From the human T2T-CHM13v2.0 reference genome, Homo sapiens, in assembly GCF_009914755.1 (NCBI RefSeq), contig NC_060935.1: 64,000 nt of DNA; one strand, 5' to 3'. A program made the translations under genes and the position numbers. The notes beneath the pieces were generated by a model. That model saw nothing but the letters and a program-made list of their open reading frames with translations, was not told where the DNA came from and searched no databases. This document shows positions 29,357-50,316 of this stretch, in pieces (within the stretch, counting starts at the first letter, position 1; each line of letters starts with the position of its first letter).

Positions 29357-32003
29357 GCAGATCTATTAAATGAGCAGTCAGATATTTTGCTGCCTGAAAC
29401 TAGAAAAAATAACTATTAATGTGCCCATTTTTCTCAAATGCTTTGCACATATAGACAATATAAGAGAAATATACCAGAATAACAAAAATGTCCATAGCAC
29501 TGTGATTAAATTGAATGATCTCTTGAAGGTGAAATATTATAGGTTTCAATATTTCCCAAGACCTTCATCTGCATCCATAAATGTTTAGCTATTGAGCCAT
29601 GTTTTAATGTATAACATTTAAATTAAATGTGTCTCTTTTTAAAAAGCCTGTAAGAAAATTCCTTCTCCTAATAGAAAATAATAAACATATAACATCGAGA
29701 AAAAGAATGTGAGAGTTTAGATAGTAAGACCACCTTAGTTACTTAAATAGCCTCATAAATATGTTAGTTTACACTATAAGAATAATTCTGTGATTAAAAA
29801 AGTATTACCCTTAAAACTTTTGGGAAATTCCAAGGATCAATTTTCAAATCCAATAGACTTCTTCAAAACTCAGCTTAATGTGACCACAGCTCAAATAGTA
29901 TAGTAATTAATGGTTGGCCTGGTCAGATTTTTTTTACTAAATTTTTCACAAAGAGGTTGTTAAGATAGTTAACTAGACACTGGTTACGTATGAGATCCTC
30001 TATTTCACACGTAAATGACATTAAATATATTGTGCATTTAAAAATACCATTAGAATCATAGTTTATAGGAAATTTTGAATTCTATATTCTCAAATAAAAT
30101 ACAGTAACATAGACATAGTCTATGTTACACAGTTTACAAAAATTCTTTCTCAAAGGATGAAAAGAAATGACCCTAACCTGCAGTTAAATGAGTCTTTTTC
30201 AAATTCACTGTATCATAAGATTAAGCAATAATAGATTTGGGAGTATCAGAATACAAACTCACAATTTAATGAGAAGTACTCCTCATAGAATTTGGATTTC
30301 AAATATAACAATGCTAGCTGGTTTAGTCTTTTCCATTCTTAACTAAAAATGTGTTAGAGAAATAAACAATGAGGATGTGGACATTACAATTCTTGAACCT
30401 GGGTTTAAGTCACACTTCTGACAGGAATGTGAGGAAAATGTTTAGACAGCTGGAGAGTAGTCACTAAAAGATAGTAAGCAGGATGATAAGCATTATACAA
30501 ACAGGATAAAAATCAGGATTTTTCTCTCCCCAGTGTCTTTATAGGCAAACAGGAAAAAAAAAAAGCTATCACAGGTGCAAAACCCAAAATGTTTAGAATC
30601 GACTGTCATAACAGACTGACCTAACACTGTGCCCTCCTTTTTTCAAGTCACTGAGAAAACACATATATTTGTAATGGCAAAACATACCACATAATCTCAC
30701 AATACCGTTTTGATACCTGCATGAGTGTATGAGCAACGACTTGTTTTTGACAACTCCCTTCTACCTTGACTTCACCATTTCACACATACCATGCCCATAA
30801 AAATGTTAACAACGTATCTGGGAACAGGCAATGTGGGAATCCTTTTCAGGATGTTCTTCTGTCTTTGTTTATCTCTAGTTTTCTTTAAGAACTTAGTATA
30901 ACCTATAAGCAAATTATACTTCAAGTTTGCAAGGCTGGAATTGTTAGACATTGCTAAACTCTATATGTTAATGCATTACAAACACCCGCTTTGTTTACTT
31001 GCTTGTTTGTTTAATTGCCCAAATGTATGAAGTAGATAACTTGCAAATAGGCCATCCATCTGCAAATAAAAGGTACGTGCTAATATAATAATCTCTCAGG
31101 TTTGTAAGATATTTTATATATAACCATATCTCACAAGACTCATTCTACAAACAATGAAACCAAGACTGTTAGACATTAAGGTCATAAAGAGTTTGTGGCA
31201 CTGGCAGGACTAGAATCCAAGTCTCTGCATTTCTATAAACCGTGTTCTTTCACTTCTAAATTACCTTCATAAATCACCTTATGCATATTGTTTTATGCTA
31301 ATATAAATACATGGCAGAAAAACTTAAGAAATAAAATGAAAGTGAAATAAATTTTGTAACATGTAACATTTCCTAGCAACCATTTATCTCTGAAGGTATG
31401 CATGTATGTATGTATGTGTGTGTGTGTATTTATCCAAAGGAGGGCATATTGTATATATAGTTATGAATCCTGTTTTTCTCCCCTTCCTATAACATGTATT
31501 TTCCCATGTATTTATATATTTTTAACATAATTATTTTTAATAACTGAATATTATACCATCATGTAGATATAGATAAAATATCATAACCAATTCCCTATTG
31601 TTGGTTAAGATGTTTATAATTTTTTATAATTAATGCTGAAATAAGCATAGTACTATATAAATATTTCCAGATATGTCTTTTTATTTTCTCAGGGAAATAG
31701 AACTGGTTTTCTAGAGCATGCACAAGTTGAGCACAAAAATGTTTAATTATCCTTGAATTCCTTTTTAAAGGTTAAGCAACCCCAAAATTGTTTTGTTTTT
31801 CCTGATACATTTCTAAAGAGGACAGAAAAGAAGTGATAACAAAGAACTGTTATTATAAACTATATTCTGACCAAAGAAGAACTGATTTGTGAATAAAGTA
31901 ACAGAAGCTTTAGGAGACTGAAGTCTGTGCCAAGCCAGGCCAGGGCAGTGTCAGATGTGTGCTCTGAACATTATATAGATATTCTTCAAAAGTTTGAAAA
32001 AAG

Positions 32004-32333
32004 ACCCAGCCTGGTGGCTCATGCCTGTAATCCCAGCAATTTGGGAGGCTGAGGCCAGAGGACCACTTGAGCCTAGGCATAAGAGGCTGCAATGAGCTGA
32101 GATCGCACCACCACACTTCAGCCTTGGTGAAGAGTGAGACCTTGTCTCGGAAAAAAAAAAAAAAATTAACCAAGAGTAGTGGCATGCACCTGTAGTACCA
32201 ACTACTCAGAAGGCTGGGGTAGGAGGATTGCTTGAGCCTGGGAGGTTGAGGGTGCAGAGAGCTGTGATCATGACACTGCACTTGAGCCTGGGTGACAGAG
32301 TGAGATTCTGTTCTTCCACCAAAAAAAAAAAAA
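32004..32333 (+). mobile_element. Atypical AluJ dimer with two right-arm 3' halves
   Basis: Both monomers contain the 'gaggctgcagtgagc...cactgcactccagcc'-type right-arm segment. Confidence 0.8.
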
Positions 32334-33269
32334 GTTCAGAGAAAATATAGTGGGCAGAAGACTTTGGAAGAGAAGTCAATTTAAGAGTTTGTGACATCTC
32401 AAACATTTTGTTTTTACAGAATAATGCATGTCACATATAGGCCCAATTTTAATAAGCAGCTTTTGATAAAGTATATACTTAAAAGGGACTATCCAAAATT
32501 ATTTGCTTAAAATGGAAACTTAACTGAAATGGGTCACCTATATTGCTTTTGGTAAAAATTTACATCCAGATATTTTATTACTACTATACAACATTTGCAT
32601 TGTCCTCACCACAATAAAACTTTCATTACGTGTAAGATAATATGATTGTCTGCCTAGAGAATACATACAAACTGACTAAACACTGTTTCAACTAGTAAGA
32701 GTTTACTTAGGTAGGCAGATATACAAACATACACAAATCAAAAGTTTTCTTTGACATCAGCAATAAGCAATTAGAAAAAAGATCCTATTTGTAATCTTAA
32801 TATGTTCTCAAAGACAAAGGATAAGCTAACCTAACTTCTAAGTTTTGAATATTTTGGTATATCAGTCTCATGAACAGATTAAGGCTTTACATTTAAAAAT
32901 TTCATGACTAAGGCCCCGAAAGTAAATGCAACAAAAACAAAAATAAATGAAGCAGACCTAATTGAACTAAAAAAGCTTCTGCAAAACAAAAGAAATAATC
33001 AACGGAGTGAACAGACAACTTATAGAATGGGAGGAAAATATTGTTAAACTATGGATCTGACAAGGACTAATATCCAAAATCTATAAGAAACTTAAATCAG
33101 CAAGAAGAAAACAAATAATCGTATTAAAAAGTGGACAAATGACATGAACAGATATTTCTTAAAAGAAGATATACAAACGGCCAGGAAACATGAAAAAATG
33201 CTCAACATCACTAATCATTAGGAAAATGCAAACTAAAACCACAACGAGATACCACCATGAGAATGCCCA

Positions 33270-33594
33270 TTATTTTTATTTGTTTGCATGTTTTTTTTTT
33301 GTTTTTTTGTTTGTTGTTTGTTTTGAGACAGTCTTGCCCTGTCACCCAAGCTGGAGTGCGGTGGCAAGATCTCGGCTCACTGCAACCTCCACCTCCCAGG
33401 TTCAAGCAATTATCTTGCCTCAGTCTCCTGGAACTATAGGCGTGCACCACCATGCCTGGTTAATTTTCGTATTTTTAGTAAAGACGGGGTTTTACCATGC
33501 TGGCCAGGCTGGTCTGGAACTCCTGACCTCAGGTGATCCACCCACCTCAGCCTCCCCAAGTGCTGAGATTACAGGTGTGAGCCACCAAGCCCGG
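33270..33594 (-). mobile_element. AluS
   Basis: Long T-rich tail followed by Alu body. Confidence 0.9.
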
Positions 33595-33917
33595 TCAGAA
33601 TGGCTATTATTAAAAAGTCAAAAAAACAAAAGATGTTGGCATGGATGTGGTAAAAAGGGAACACTTATATGCTGCTGCTGGGAATGTAAATTAGAATTGC
33701 CTCTAGAGTAAACAGTAAAGAAATTTCTCTAAGAACTAAAAGTAGATCTACCATTTGATCCAGCAATCCCACTACTGGGTGTCTTACCAAAAGGAAAAGA
33801 ATTCAGTATATGAAAAAGACACCTGCATGAATTATGTTTATCACAGCACAATTCACAATTGCAAAGATAAAGAATCAACTTAAGTGCCCACCAACAGATG
33901 AGTAAATAAAGAAAATG

Positions 33918-33919
<2 letters not shown>

Positions 33920-33962
<43 letters not shown>
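33920..33962. repeat. (CA)~21 microsatellite
   Basis: Direct reading. Confidence 0.95.
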
Positions 33963-34498
33963 ATGGAATACTACTAACTCATAAAAAAGAACAAAATAAT
34001 GTTTTTTGCAGCAACTTGGATTAAACTGGAGGGTTATTACCTAAGAAAAACAACTCAGGAATGGAAAACCAAATACCACATTTTTTACTTTTAAGTAAGA
34101 GCTAAGCTATGATTATGCAAGGGCATACAGTGGTATAACGGACAATAGAGTCCCAGAAGTGGGGAAATGGGGAAGGTAGATGGGGTAAGAAATGAAAAAC
34201 TACCTATTGGGTACATAGTACACTATCTTGGTAATGGGTATACTAAAATCCCAGACTTTACCATGATATAATCTTTCCATGTAACCAAAAACCACTTATA
34301 CCCCACTAAAGTTATTGAAATAAAAAAATTTAAAATGAAGTAAATATAAAAATTTCAAGAAGAAAATTAAAGAGAAAAATAAACACTTGGAATAGTTTTG
34401 AACATTCAAGTTTTGAAAAAACAAAACAGAAAAAATACCCTGCAAACTAATTATAAGTTTAAAATAATTCCAAGATGAAGACCACAGAAGAAAAGTTT

Positions 34499-35023
34499 TT
34501 GTACCAATGCCATGCTGTTTTGGTCACTGTAGCCTTGCACTATAGTTTGAAGTCAGGTAACATGATTTTTCCAGCTTTGCTCTTTTTGCTGAGGTTTGCC
34601 TTGGCTATTCAAGTTCCTTTTTGGTTCCATATAAATTTTAAAATAATTTTTTCTAGTCCTGTGAAGAATGTCGTTGGTAGTTTGTTAGGAATAGCATTGA
34701 ATCTGTACATTGCTTTGGGCAGTGTAGCCATTTTAATGATACTGATTCTTCCTATATATGAGCATGGGATGTCTTTCCATTCATTTGTGTCTTCTCTGAT
34801 TTCTTTGAGCAGTGATTTGTAATTCTCATTGTAGAGATCTTTCACCTTCCTGGTTAGCTGTATTCCTAGGTAATTATTTTTGTGTGTCACAGTTGTGAAT
34901 GGGGTTGCCTTTCTGATTTGGCTCTCAGTTTGGTTGTTGTTGGTGTATAGGAATCCTAGTGATTTTCGTATATTGATTTTGTATCCTGCAACTTTGCTGA
35001 AGATGTTTATTAGCTGAAGAAGC
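34499..35023 (-). mobile_element. Inverted L1 ORF2 segment matching 39849-40376
   Basis: ORF 34609..35034 is L1 ORF2 ([14 protein letters not shown]...ILKFIWNQK). Confidence 0.9.
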
Positions 35024-42045
<7,022 letters not shown>

Positions 42046-42216
42046 AAAAATTTTTTAAAAGTTAGAAATTATAATATAAAAAAACTCAAACTACTGAAGA
42101 CAAAAACCATAATGTCTGAGATAAAAGACAAATCAAATGATATTCACAACAGATTAGATGCTATGGAAGAAAAGACTAGTAAACTTAAGTTTACACCAAT
42201 AAAAATTATCTAAAAT

Positions 42217-42219
<3 letters not shown>

Positions 42220-42270
<51 letters not shown>
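42220..42270. repeat. Compound (CA)n(GA)n microsatellite
   Basis: Direct reading. Confidence 0.95.
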
Positions 42271-44058
42271 AAACGAAAAGAGAATCAGTGAGCTGTAAGA
42301 GAACTTCAAGTGGCCTAAAATATAAGTAACAGGAATTAAGGCGTCGGGGGGAGCAAAAATATTTTAAGAAATAATGGCAAAACTAATACCAGATGCAAAT
42401 ATGACTGCATAAAACAATGAAGAATACCAGATGGAGTAACTACATGGGTAAATGCATAAGATTTTTTTTATTATTTAAATATCTTTTAAAGATGATTGAC
42501 TATATAAATAAAAATAACACTGCAGCATGGGGTTTATAGCATATATAAAACTACAATATATGTCAACAATAGCACAAAATTTGGGAAGGGAGAAATGAAA
42601 GAGTACTCTTGCTGTATAGTTCTTATACTATAGGAAAAGTGATACAGTATCACTTGAAAGTAGAATATACAAATTAAAGATTGCATAAGTTAAACAAGGA
42701 TTGTTTAAGCCCAAAAGTAACCACTAAAATGAAAATACAGTGAGTTGTAACTAATAAGCCAACAAAGGACTTAACCTAAAAGAAGGCTGAAAAATAAAGG
42801 GTAAAAAGGACCAATGGAATGAACAGAAAACAGTAAAATAATAGATTCCAGCCTAACCATATTAGTCATCACATTAAATAGATTTTAAGACCACGTAAAA
42901 AAGCAAGACCCAACTACATACTGTGTACAAGAAACATTTTAAATACAAAGACTCGAAAAGGTTAAAAGAAAAAGGAGGGGAAACAGATATATTATGCTAC
43001 CATTAAATAAATAAAGCTAAAGTGGCTACATTAATATCAACGTAGATTTCAGAAATTTTTTTTAAACAGGAAGAAGACATTTTATAATGATATATGGGCC
43101 AATTAATCAAGAGAACATAAAATCCTAAACATTTTTGTACATAATAAAGATCTTTGAACTATGTGAAACAAATCTGATAGAACAGCAAGAGGGAAGAGGC
43201 AAATATCCTCTATTTCAGTCAAAGATTTCAAAACCCCCTCTCAATAACAGATAGAACGAATAGAAAAATAGTGAGGATATAGACGATCTGAACAATCTGT
43301 CAATCAACTTGACCTATTTGATGTTTATAGAACACTCCACACAGCAGCAGCAGAATATGCATTCTTCTCAAGTACATCTGAATTAGTTGCCAAACCAGAC
43401 CATATACTGGGCCACTAAGTAAGCCACAATAAAATTAAAATGATTTAAACAATATAAAATATGTTCTCATGTCAAAGGGAATTAAATTAGAAATGAAAAA
43501 CAGAAATATCTCTTGAAAAATCATAAATTTAAAAACTAAATGCATACCTAAATAACTCATAAACCAAAGAAGAAGTCAAAAGAAAAAATGGAAATTATTC
43601 AGAACTAAATGAAAATGAAAACAACCTATAAAAATTTGTAGGATGCTACTAAAGTAGTATGTAAGGGGAAATTTATAGCACTAAACACTTAAAATGTTAT
43701 AGAAAGCTTCAATCGATGAACTCAGTTTCCACCTTAAGAAATCAGATGAAGAGAAAGTTAAATCAAAGTAAATAAACAAGAAAAGATAATAGGGATAAAA
43801 ACAGAAATCAATAAAATAAAAAGTAGACACAGTAATAAAAAATCAACTAAAGCAAAAGTTTGTTCTTTGAGATAAAAAAAACTTTAGCCACACTGATCAC
43901 ACACAGAGAAAAAAATGTTAATATTTGGAATAAGATGATATCACTAGAATTTCTATAGCTATTAAAAGGATCATAAGGGAATATTATGAAAAACATCCTA
44001 TAAATAAACTTGACAACTTAGACGAAATAAAGAAATTCTCTAAAAGACACAAACTACT

Positions 44059-44366
44059 GGCCAGGCACAGTGACGCACGCCTGTAATCCCAGCACTTTGG
44101 GAGGCCAAGGCAGGTGGATCACTTGAGGTCAGGAGTTCGAGACCAGCTTAACATGGTGAAACCCCGTCTCTACTAAAAATACAAAAACTAGCCAGGTGTG
44201 ACGGTGCATGTCTGTAATCCCAGCTACTCAGGAGGCTGAGGCAGGAGAATCCTTGAACCCAGGGGGTGGAAGTTGCAGTGAGCCAAGATCGCGCCATTGC
44301 ACTCCAGCCTGGGCAAGAAGAACAAAACTCCTTCTCAAACAACAAACAAACAAACAAACAAAAAAC
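44059..44366 (+). mobile_element. AluS with (AAAC)n tail
   Basis: Full Alu; TSD-like acaaactac. Confidence 0.93.
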
Positions 44367-45384
44367 CAGACAAACTACCAAACCTCACTCATGAAGACAT
44401 AACCTGAATAACCCTATATCCATTGAAGAAAATAAAACTATAGTTAAAAAACTTTCCACAAAAACAAAAACAAAAAACCCTACAGTTCCAGATGGCTTCA
44501 CTGGTAAATTCTACTAAACATTAAAGGTTTTTTCCTTAAAAAAATAACAGCAATTCTACCCAAACTCTTCTAAAAAAACGGAAAAATATAGAATACTTTC
44601 CAACCCATTTTATAAGGCCGACATTACCAATACCAAAACTTGATAAAGACATTACAAGAAAACTACAGTTCAATATCCCTCATGAACACAGTTGTAAAAA
44701 TACTAAATATCTATATATCTATATATCTATATCTATATATATATATCTTTTATTTTAGCAAATTGAATCCAACCATGTAATAAAAGGCTAACATATCATG
44801 ACCAAGCGGGGTTTAACACAGGAATACAGGGTTGATTTACATTTGAAAAGCAATCAACAGAATTCATTTTAACATGTTTACATAAAAAAGAAACAAACTA
44901 AGAAAAATGATATGATCATTTCAATACAAACAGAAAACGCATTTGACAAAAGTGAGCAAACACTTCTGTTAAAAACTCTGAGTACACTAGGAGAAAAACC
45001 AGATTTCCTTAACCTAATAAAGAGCATTGATGTGAAATCCACAGCTAACATCATACTTAATGTTGAAAAACCGAATGCTTTTCCACTAAGATCAGAAACA
45101 AGATAGGCACGTCTTCTATCACCACTTGTATTCAACTTTGTGCTCCAGGTTCTAGCCTGGGCAATCAAGCAAAAAAAAGGAAGGAACCCGATTGCTGAAA
45201 ATCTACAGAGAAAAATCTACAAAGAGTGGACTCTACAAAGAGTGTCTAGAACAAATAAGTTTAGCAAGGTAGTAGAACACATGATCAATATATAAAAATC
45301 AATTACATTTCTTCCTATTAGCAATGAGCAAACCAGAAATTTAAATTAAAATGTCATTTATAAAAGCATCAAGAATATGAACTA

Positions 45385-45502
45385 GGCTAGGTATGGTGGC
45401 TCACACCTGTAATCCCAGCATTTTGGGAGTGTGAAATGGGAAGACTGCTTGAGGCCAGGAGATTGAGACCAGCCTGGGCAACACAGTGGGACCCTGACTC
45501 TG
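45385..45502 (+). mobile_element. Alu left monomer (FLAM-like)
   Basis: Left arm only. Confidence 0.8.
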
Positions 45503-46001
45503 TTTTTTTTAAAATGAATTACTTAGGGATACATATGTCAAAAGATGTGAAAGAGCTGGACAATGAAAATTACAAAACACTGCTGAGGAAAACTAAATAA
45601 GACCCAAACAAATAGGAAGATGTATATTGTTGAAGGGCTGGCCAACTTGATATTGTCAAGATGTCAATTCTTCTACAAGTCAATCTATGTTTGAATAAAT
45701 CTACAGATTTGATGCAATCCCAGTCCAAGTGTCACCAGGTTTTTTGGTTGTGTGTTTGTTTTTTTGAGGGGGAGGGGGAAAGTGAGGACAGTAGAAGTTG
45801 TAAAACTGAGTTTGAAATTCCAGTGAAAATGTAAAGGACCTAGAATGCCAAAACAACTCTGAAACAGACTAAATTGGAGAAGTAACACTACCTGATTCCA
45901 AGAATTGTGGTAAAGCAACATTAACCAAAAAAACAAAAACAAAAACAAAAACAAAACAAAAAAATGCCCAGCATAGTACTAGAGTAAAGAAATGGAAATA
46001 A

Positions 46002-46295
46002 GGTCTGGTGTGGTGACTCACACCTATAATCTCAGCACCATGGGAGGCCAAGGCAGAAGGATTGCTTGAGTCCAGTAGTTTGAGACCAACCTGGGCAACA
46101 TAGGGAGACCCTGTCTCTATAAAAAATAACGACAACCAAAAAACAAAAACTTAGCTGTCTGTGCATCCAGCTCGAGAGGCTGAGGTGGGAGGATCAATTG
46201 AGCCCAAAAGGTTGAAGCTGCAGTAAGCTATTATCATGCCACTGAACTCCAGCCTGGCAACAAAATGATACCCCTCCCCCGAATAAAAAAAAGAA
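46002..46295 (+). mobile_element. AluJ
   Basis: Diverged Alu dimer. Confidence 0.85.
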
Positions 46296-47289
46296 ATGCA
46301 AACAGACAAATAAAACAAAACACAGAAACCCACACATAGAAGGACAACTGATCCCTTTCCATTAATAAGAAACTTTAACACTTGCTCAAGAAAAGTGTAA
46401 CTATTGTTAGGTGTTCTTAAAGCAGGGGATAATGAAATCATGAAATGAAGCAATGTGTTAATGGAGAAGGTCCCTCTGCTGCAGGCAGCAGAAATTCTCC
46501 CTGCAAATTGGATTACCTGATCTATTGCTGCTTGCAAACTGCCAGCTGCAAACCTAGCATAGCACCCACATGGTTAAATTTTACTTTACATGTATTTATA
46601 CAGTATTAAGTGCTTCCTTAAGTGATTTTTTAAAATAAATCATAGGCAATTGAGTTCTGATTACAACTCACCCTTTCCTGAATCCTCATTTTGGTCAGTT
46701 TGAGAAACAAGGTGCTTTTCTGTTTGAATCCAAGGTCTAGCCCTCTGGCTAAGGGTCCTACATACCACTGACCTGACCATTTTAACCACTTTCAGAGCTG
46801 TGACTTTAGAAATACTGTTTTCCTATTTCTTACCCATTCTCATTATTCAGACTCTAGCACTGTGTTTAAGACTTGGGATTCTAGAATAAAAGACATATTC
46901 AAATTTCAGACTTGCTATTTACTTAGCTGTGTGGGCTCTCCACAATCCTTTAATTAATAAAATCTTAATGAAAATACTGTGATATACCTTACGTAGCTTT
47001 TATAAAAAACTATTTTATGCACCTAAAATGTTTAACATAGTACCTAGCAAAGAGTAAATATTTAATAAATAGTAGCTATTGTATTATCATTATTACTAAT
47101 ATTATTACCGACTCAGCCCCCGTCACCCCTTTCAAAATAATGTCAACTTGATTCTTCTCTACCTCAAAACTTGAATCAATTCACAGCATTGTTGCCCTCA
47201 AGGAGCTGATGAATGAAAATACATACTGATTATTTTGAATTCTTTAAACAATTAAAATATGAATATATTTTTATTGCCGAAAGCCCAAA

Positions 47290-47560
47290 CAATACAGAAA
47301 TTTGTAGAGAAATCATTCAAATTCTTGCTGCCCAACCAAATGATGTGGGGCACTCTACCCCTCACTTCCAGCCATATTAATCATTATTAATTGCTTTATG
47401 TGTTTCCTTCCAAATATTTTTGTATGCATTTACCTACATATGTATGTGTGCATATAAATATTCAGGCATAATTTGAATAGTACAATGAAACCCATTTACC
47501 CTTATTTAGATACACTAATTGTCAATAATTCACCACATAAAAATAACTAATTTTGATTTT
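47290..47560 (+). repeat. Left copy of a ~270-bp direct repeat (putative long TSD)
   Basis: Aligns by eye to 50313-50586 with about 19 differences. Confidence 0.93.
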
Positions 47561-50316
47561 TTTATATTCTACTTTAAGTTCTAGGGTACATGTGCACAAC
47601 GTGCAGGTTTGTTACATAGGTATACATGTGCCATGTTGGTTTGCTGCACCCATCAACTCATCATTTATATTAGGTATTTCTCCTAATGCTATCCTCCCCT
47701 CCCCCCACCCCCCAACAGGCCCCAGGGTGTGATGTTCCCCACCCTATTCCAAGTGTTCTCATTGTTCAATTCCCACCTATGAGTGAGAACATGTGGTGTT
47801 TGGTTTTCTGTCTTTGTTACAGTTTGCTAAGAACGATGGTTTCTAACTTCATCCATGTACCTGCAAAGGACATGAACTCATCCTTTTTTATGGCTGCATA
47901 GTATTCTATGGTGTATATGTGCCACATTTTCTTTATCCAGTCTATCATTGATGGGCATTTGGGTTGGCTCCAAGACTTTGCTGCTGTGAACAGTGCTGCA
48001 ATAAACATACATGTGCATGTGTCTTTATATTAGAATGATTGATAATCCTTTGGGTATATACCCAGTAATGGGATTGCTGGGTCAAATGGTATTTCTAGTT
48101 CTAGATCCTTGAGGAATCACCAAACTGTCTTCCACAATGGCTGAACTAATTTATACTCCCACCAACAGTGTAAAAGCATTCCTATTTCTCCACATCCTCT
48201 CCAGCATCTGTTGTTTCCTGACTTTTTAATGATCGCCATTCTAACTGGTGTGAGATGGTATCTCATTGTGGTTTTGATTTGCATTTCTCTGATGACCAAT
48301 GATGATGAGCATTTTTTCATGTGTCTGTTGGCTGCATAAATGTCTTCTTTTGAGAAGTGTCTGTTCATATCCTTTGCCCACTTGTTGATGGGGTTGTTTT
48401 TTTCTTGTAAATTTGTTTAAGTTCTTTGTAGATTCTGGATATTAGCCCTTTGTCAGATGGGTAGACTGCAAAATTTTTCTCCCATTCTGTAGGTTGCCTG
48501 TTCACTCTGATGGTAGTTTCTTTTGCTGGGCAGAAGCTCTTTAGTTTAATTAGATCCCATTTGTCAATTTTGGCTTTTGTTGCCATTGCTTTTGGTGTTT
48601 TAGCCATGAAGTCCTCGCCCATGCCTATGTCGTAAATGGTACTGCCTAGGTTTTTCTTCTAGGGTTTTTATGGTTTTATGTCTAACATTTAAGTCTTTAA
48701 TCCATCTTGAATTAATTTTTGTTATAAGATGTAAGGAAGGGATCCAGTTTCAGTTTTCTACATATGGCTAGCCAGTTTTCCCAACACCATTTATTAAATA
48801 GGGAATCCTTTCCCCACTTCTTGTTTTTGCCAGGTTTGTCACAGATCAGATGGTTGTAGGTGTGTGGTGTTATTTCTGAAGGCTTTGTTCTGTTCCATTG
48901 GTGTATATATGTGGTTTGGTACCAGCACCATGCTGTTTTGGTTACTATAGCCTTGTAGTATAGTTTGAAGTCAGGTAGCATGATGCCTCCAGCTTTGTTC
49001 ATTTTGCTTAGAATTGTCTTGGCAATGTGGGCTCTTTTTTGGTTCCATATGAACTTTAAAATAGTTTTTTTCCAATTCTGTGAAGAAAGTCATTGGTAGC
49101 TTGATGGGGATGGAATTGAATCTATAGATTACTTTGGGCCATATGGCCATTTTCACGGTATTGATTCTTCCTATCCATGAGCATGGAATGTTTTTCCATT
49201 TGTTTGTGTCCTCTTTTATTTCGTTGAGCAGTGGTTTGTAGTTCTCCCTGAAGAAGTCCTTCACATCCCTTGTAAACTGGATTCCCAGGTATTTTATTCT
49301 CTTTGTAGCAATTGTGAATGGGGGTTCACTCATGGTTTGGCTCTCTGTTTGTCTGTTATTGGTGTATAGGAATGCTTGTGATTTTTGCACACTGATTTTG
49401 TTTCCTGAGACACTGCTGAAGCTGCCTATCAGCTTAAGGAGGTTTTGGGCTGAGACGATGGTGTTTTCTAAATATACAATATTGTAATCCACAAACAGAG
49501 ACAATTTGACTTCCTCTCTTCCAAATTGAATACCCTTTATTTCTTTCTCTTGCCTGATTGCCCTGGCTGGAACCTCCAACACTAAGTTGAATAGAAGTGG
49601 TGAGAGAGGGCATCCTTGTCTTGTGCCGGTTTTCTCTTTTTTTCTCTCTCTCTCTTTTTTTTTTTTTTTTTTTGAGAGGGAGTCTCACTCTGTCACCCAG
49701 GCTGGAGTGTGGTGGCGTGATCTGAGCTCACGGCAAGCTCTGCCTCCCAGGTTCACACCATTCTCCTGCTTCAGCCTCCAGAGTACCTGGGACTACAAGC
49801 GCCCGCAACCACGCCTGGCTAATTTTTTGTATTTTTCATAGAGATGGGGTTTCACCATGTTAGCCAGGATGGTCTTGATTTCCCAACCTCGTGATCCACC
49901 TGCCTCGGCCTCCCAAAGTGCTGGGATTACAGGTGTGAGCCGCCGTGCCCGGCCATTGTGCCAGTTTTCAAAGGGAATGCTTCCAGTTTTTGCCCATTCA
50001 GTATGATATTGGCTGTGGGTTTGTCATAAACAGCTCTTATTATTTTGAGATACATTCCATCAATATCTAGTTTATTGAGAGTTTTTAGCATGAAGGGCTG
50101 TTGAATTTTGCTGAAGGCCTTTTTTGCATCTATTGAGATAATCATGTGGTTTTTCTCACTGGGTCTGTTTATGTTATGGATTACGTTTATTGATTTGCAT
50201 ATGTTGAACCAGCCTTGCATCTCAGGGATGAAGCTGACTTGATCATGGTGGATAAGCTTTTTGATGTGCTGCTGGATTTGGTTTGCCAGTATTTTATTGA
50301 GGATTTTCGCATCAAT
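47561..50316 (-). mobile_element. 5'-truncated L1PA (about PA6-7) in the SBF2 sense orientation, containing an Alu
   Basis: ORF2 remnants in ORFs 48117-50388; 3'UTR ends at ~47561. Confidence 0.95.
49635..49954 (-). mobile_element. AluY/Sc inside the L1
   Basis: TSD ttgtgcc(g/a)gttttc (49621-49634 / 49956-49969). Confidence 0.93.

Larger units (their letters stand above)
32895..34335 (+). mobile_element. L1PB/L1MA-type 3' end containing an Alu and a (CA)n
   Basis: [21 protein letters not shown]2 remnant; 3'UTR to 'ttattgaaataaaaaaa'. Confidence 0.85.
42062..45930 (+). mobile_element. Old L1M ORF1/ORF2 remnant with Alu, FLAM and microsatellites
   Basis: ORF2 remnant MIISIQTENAFDK...ANIILNVEKPNAFPLRSETR. 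Confidence 0.8.

Noticed and set aside
33190-33711. 173-aa ORF
   Set aside because: Chance read-through of L1 ORF2 into an antisense Alu; the other Alu-derived ORFs (27707, 31910, 59958 and similar) were rejected for the same reason.
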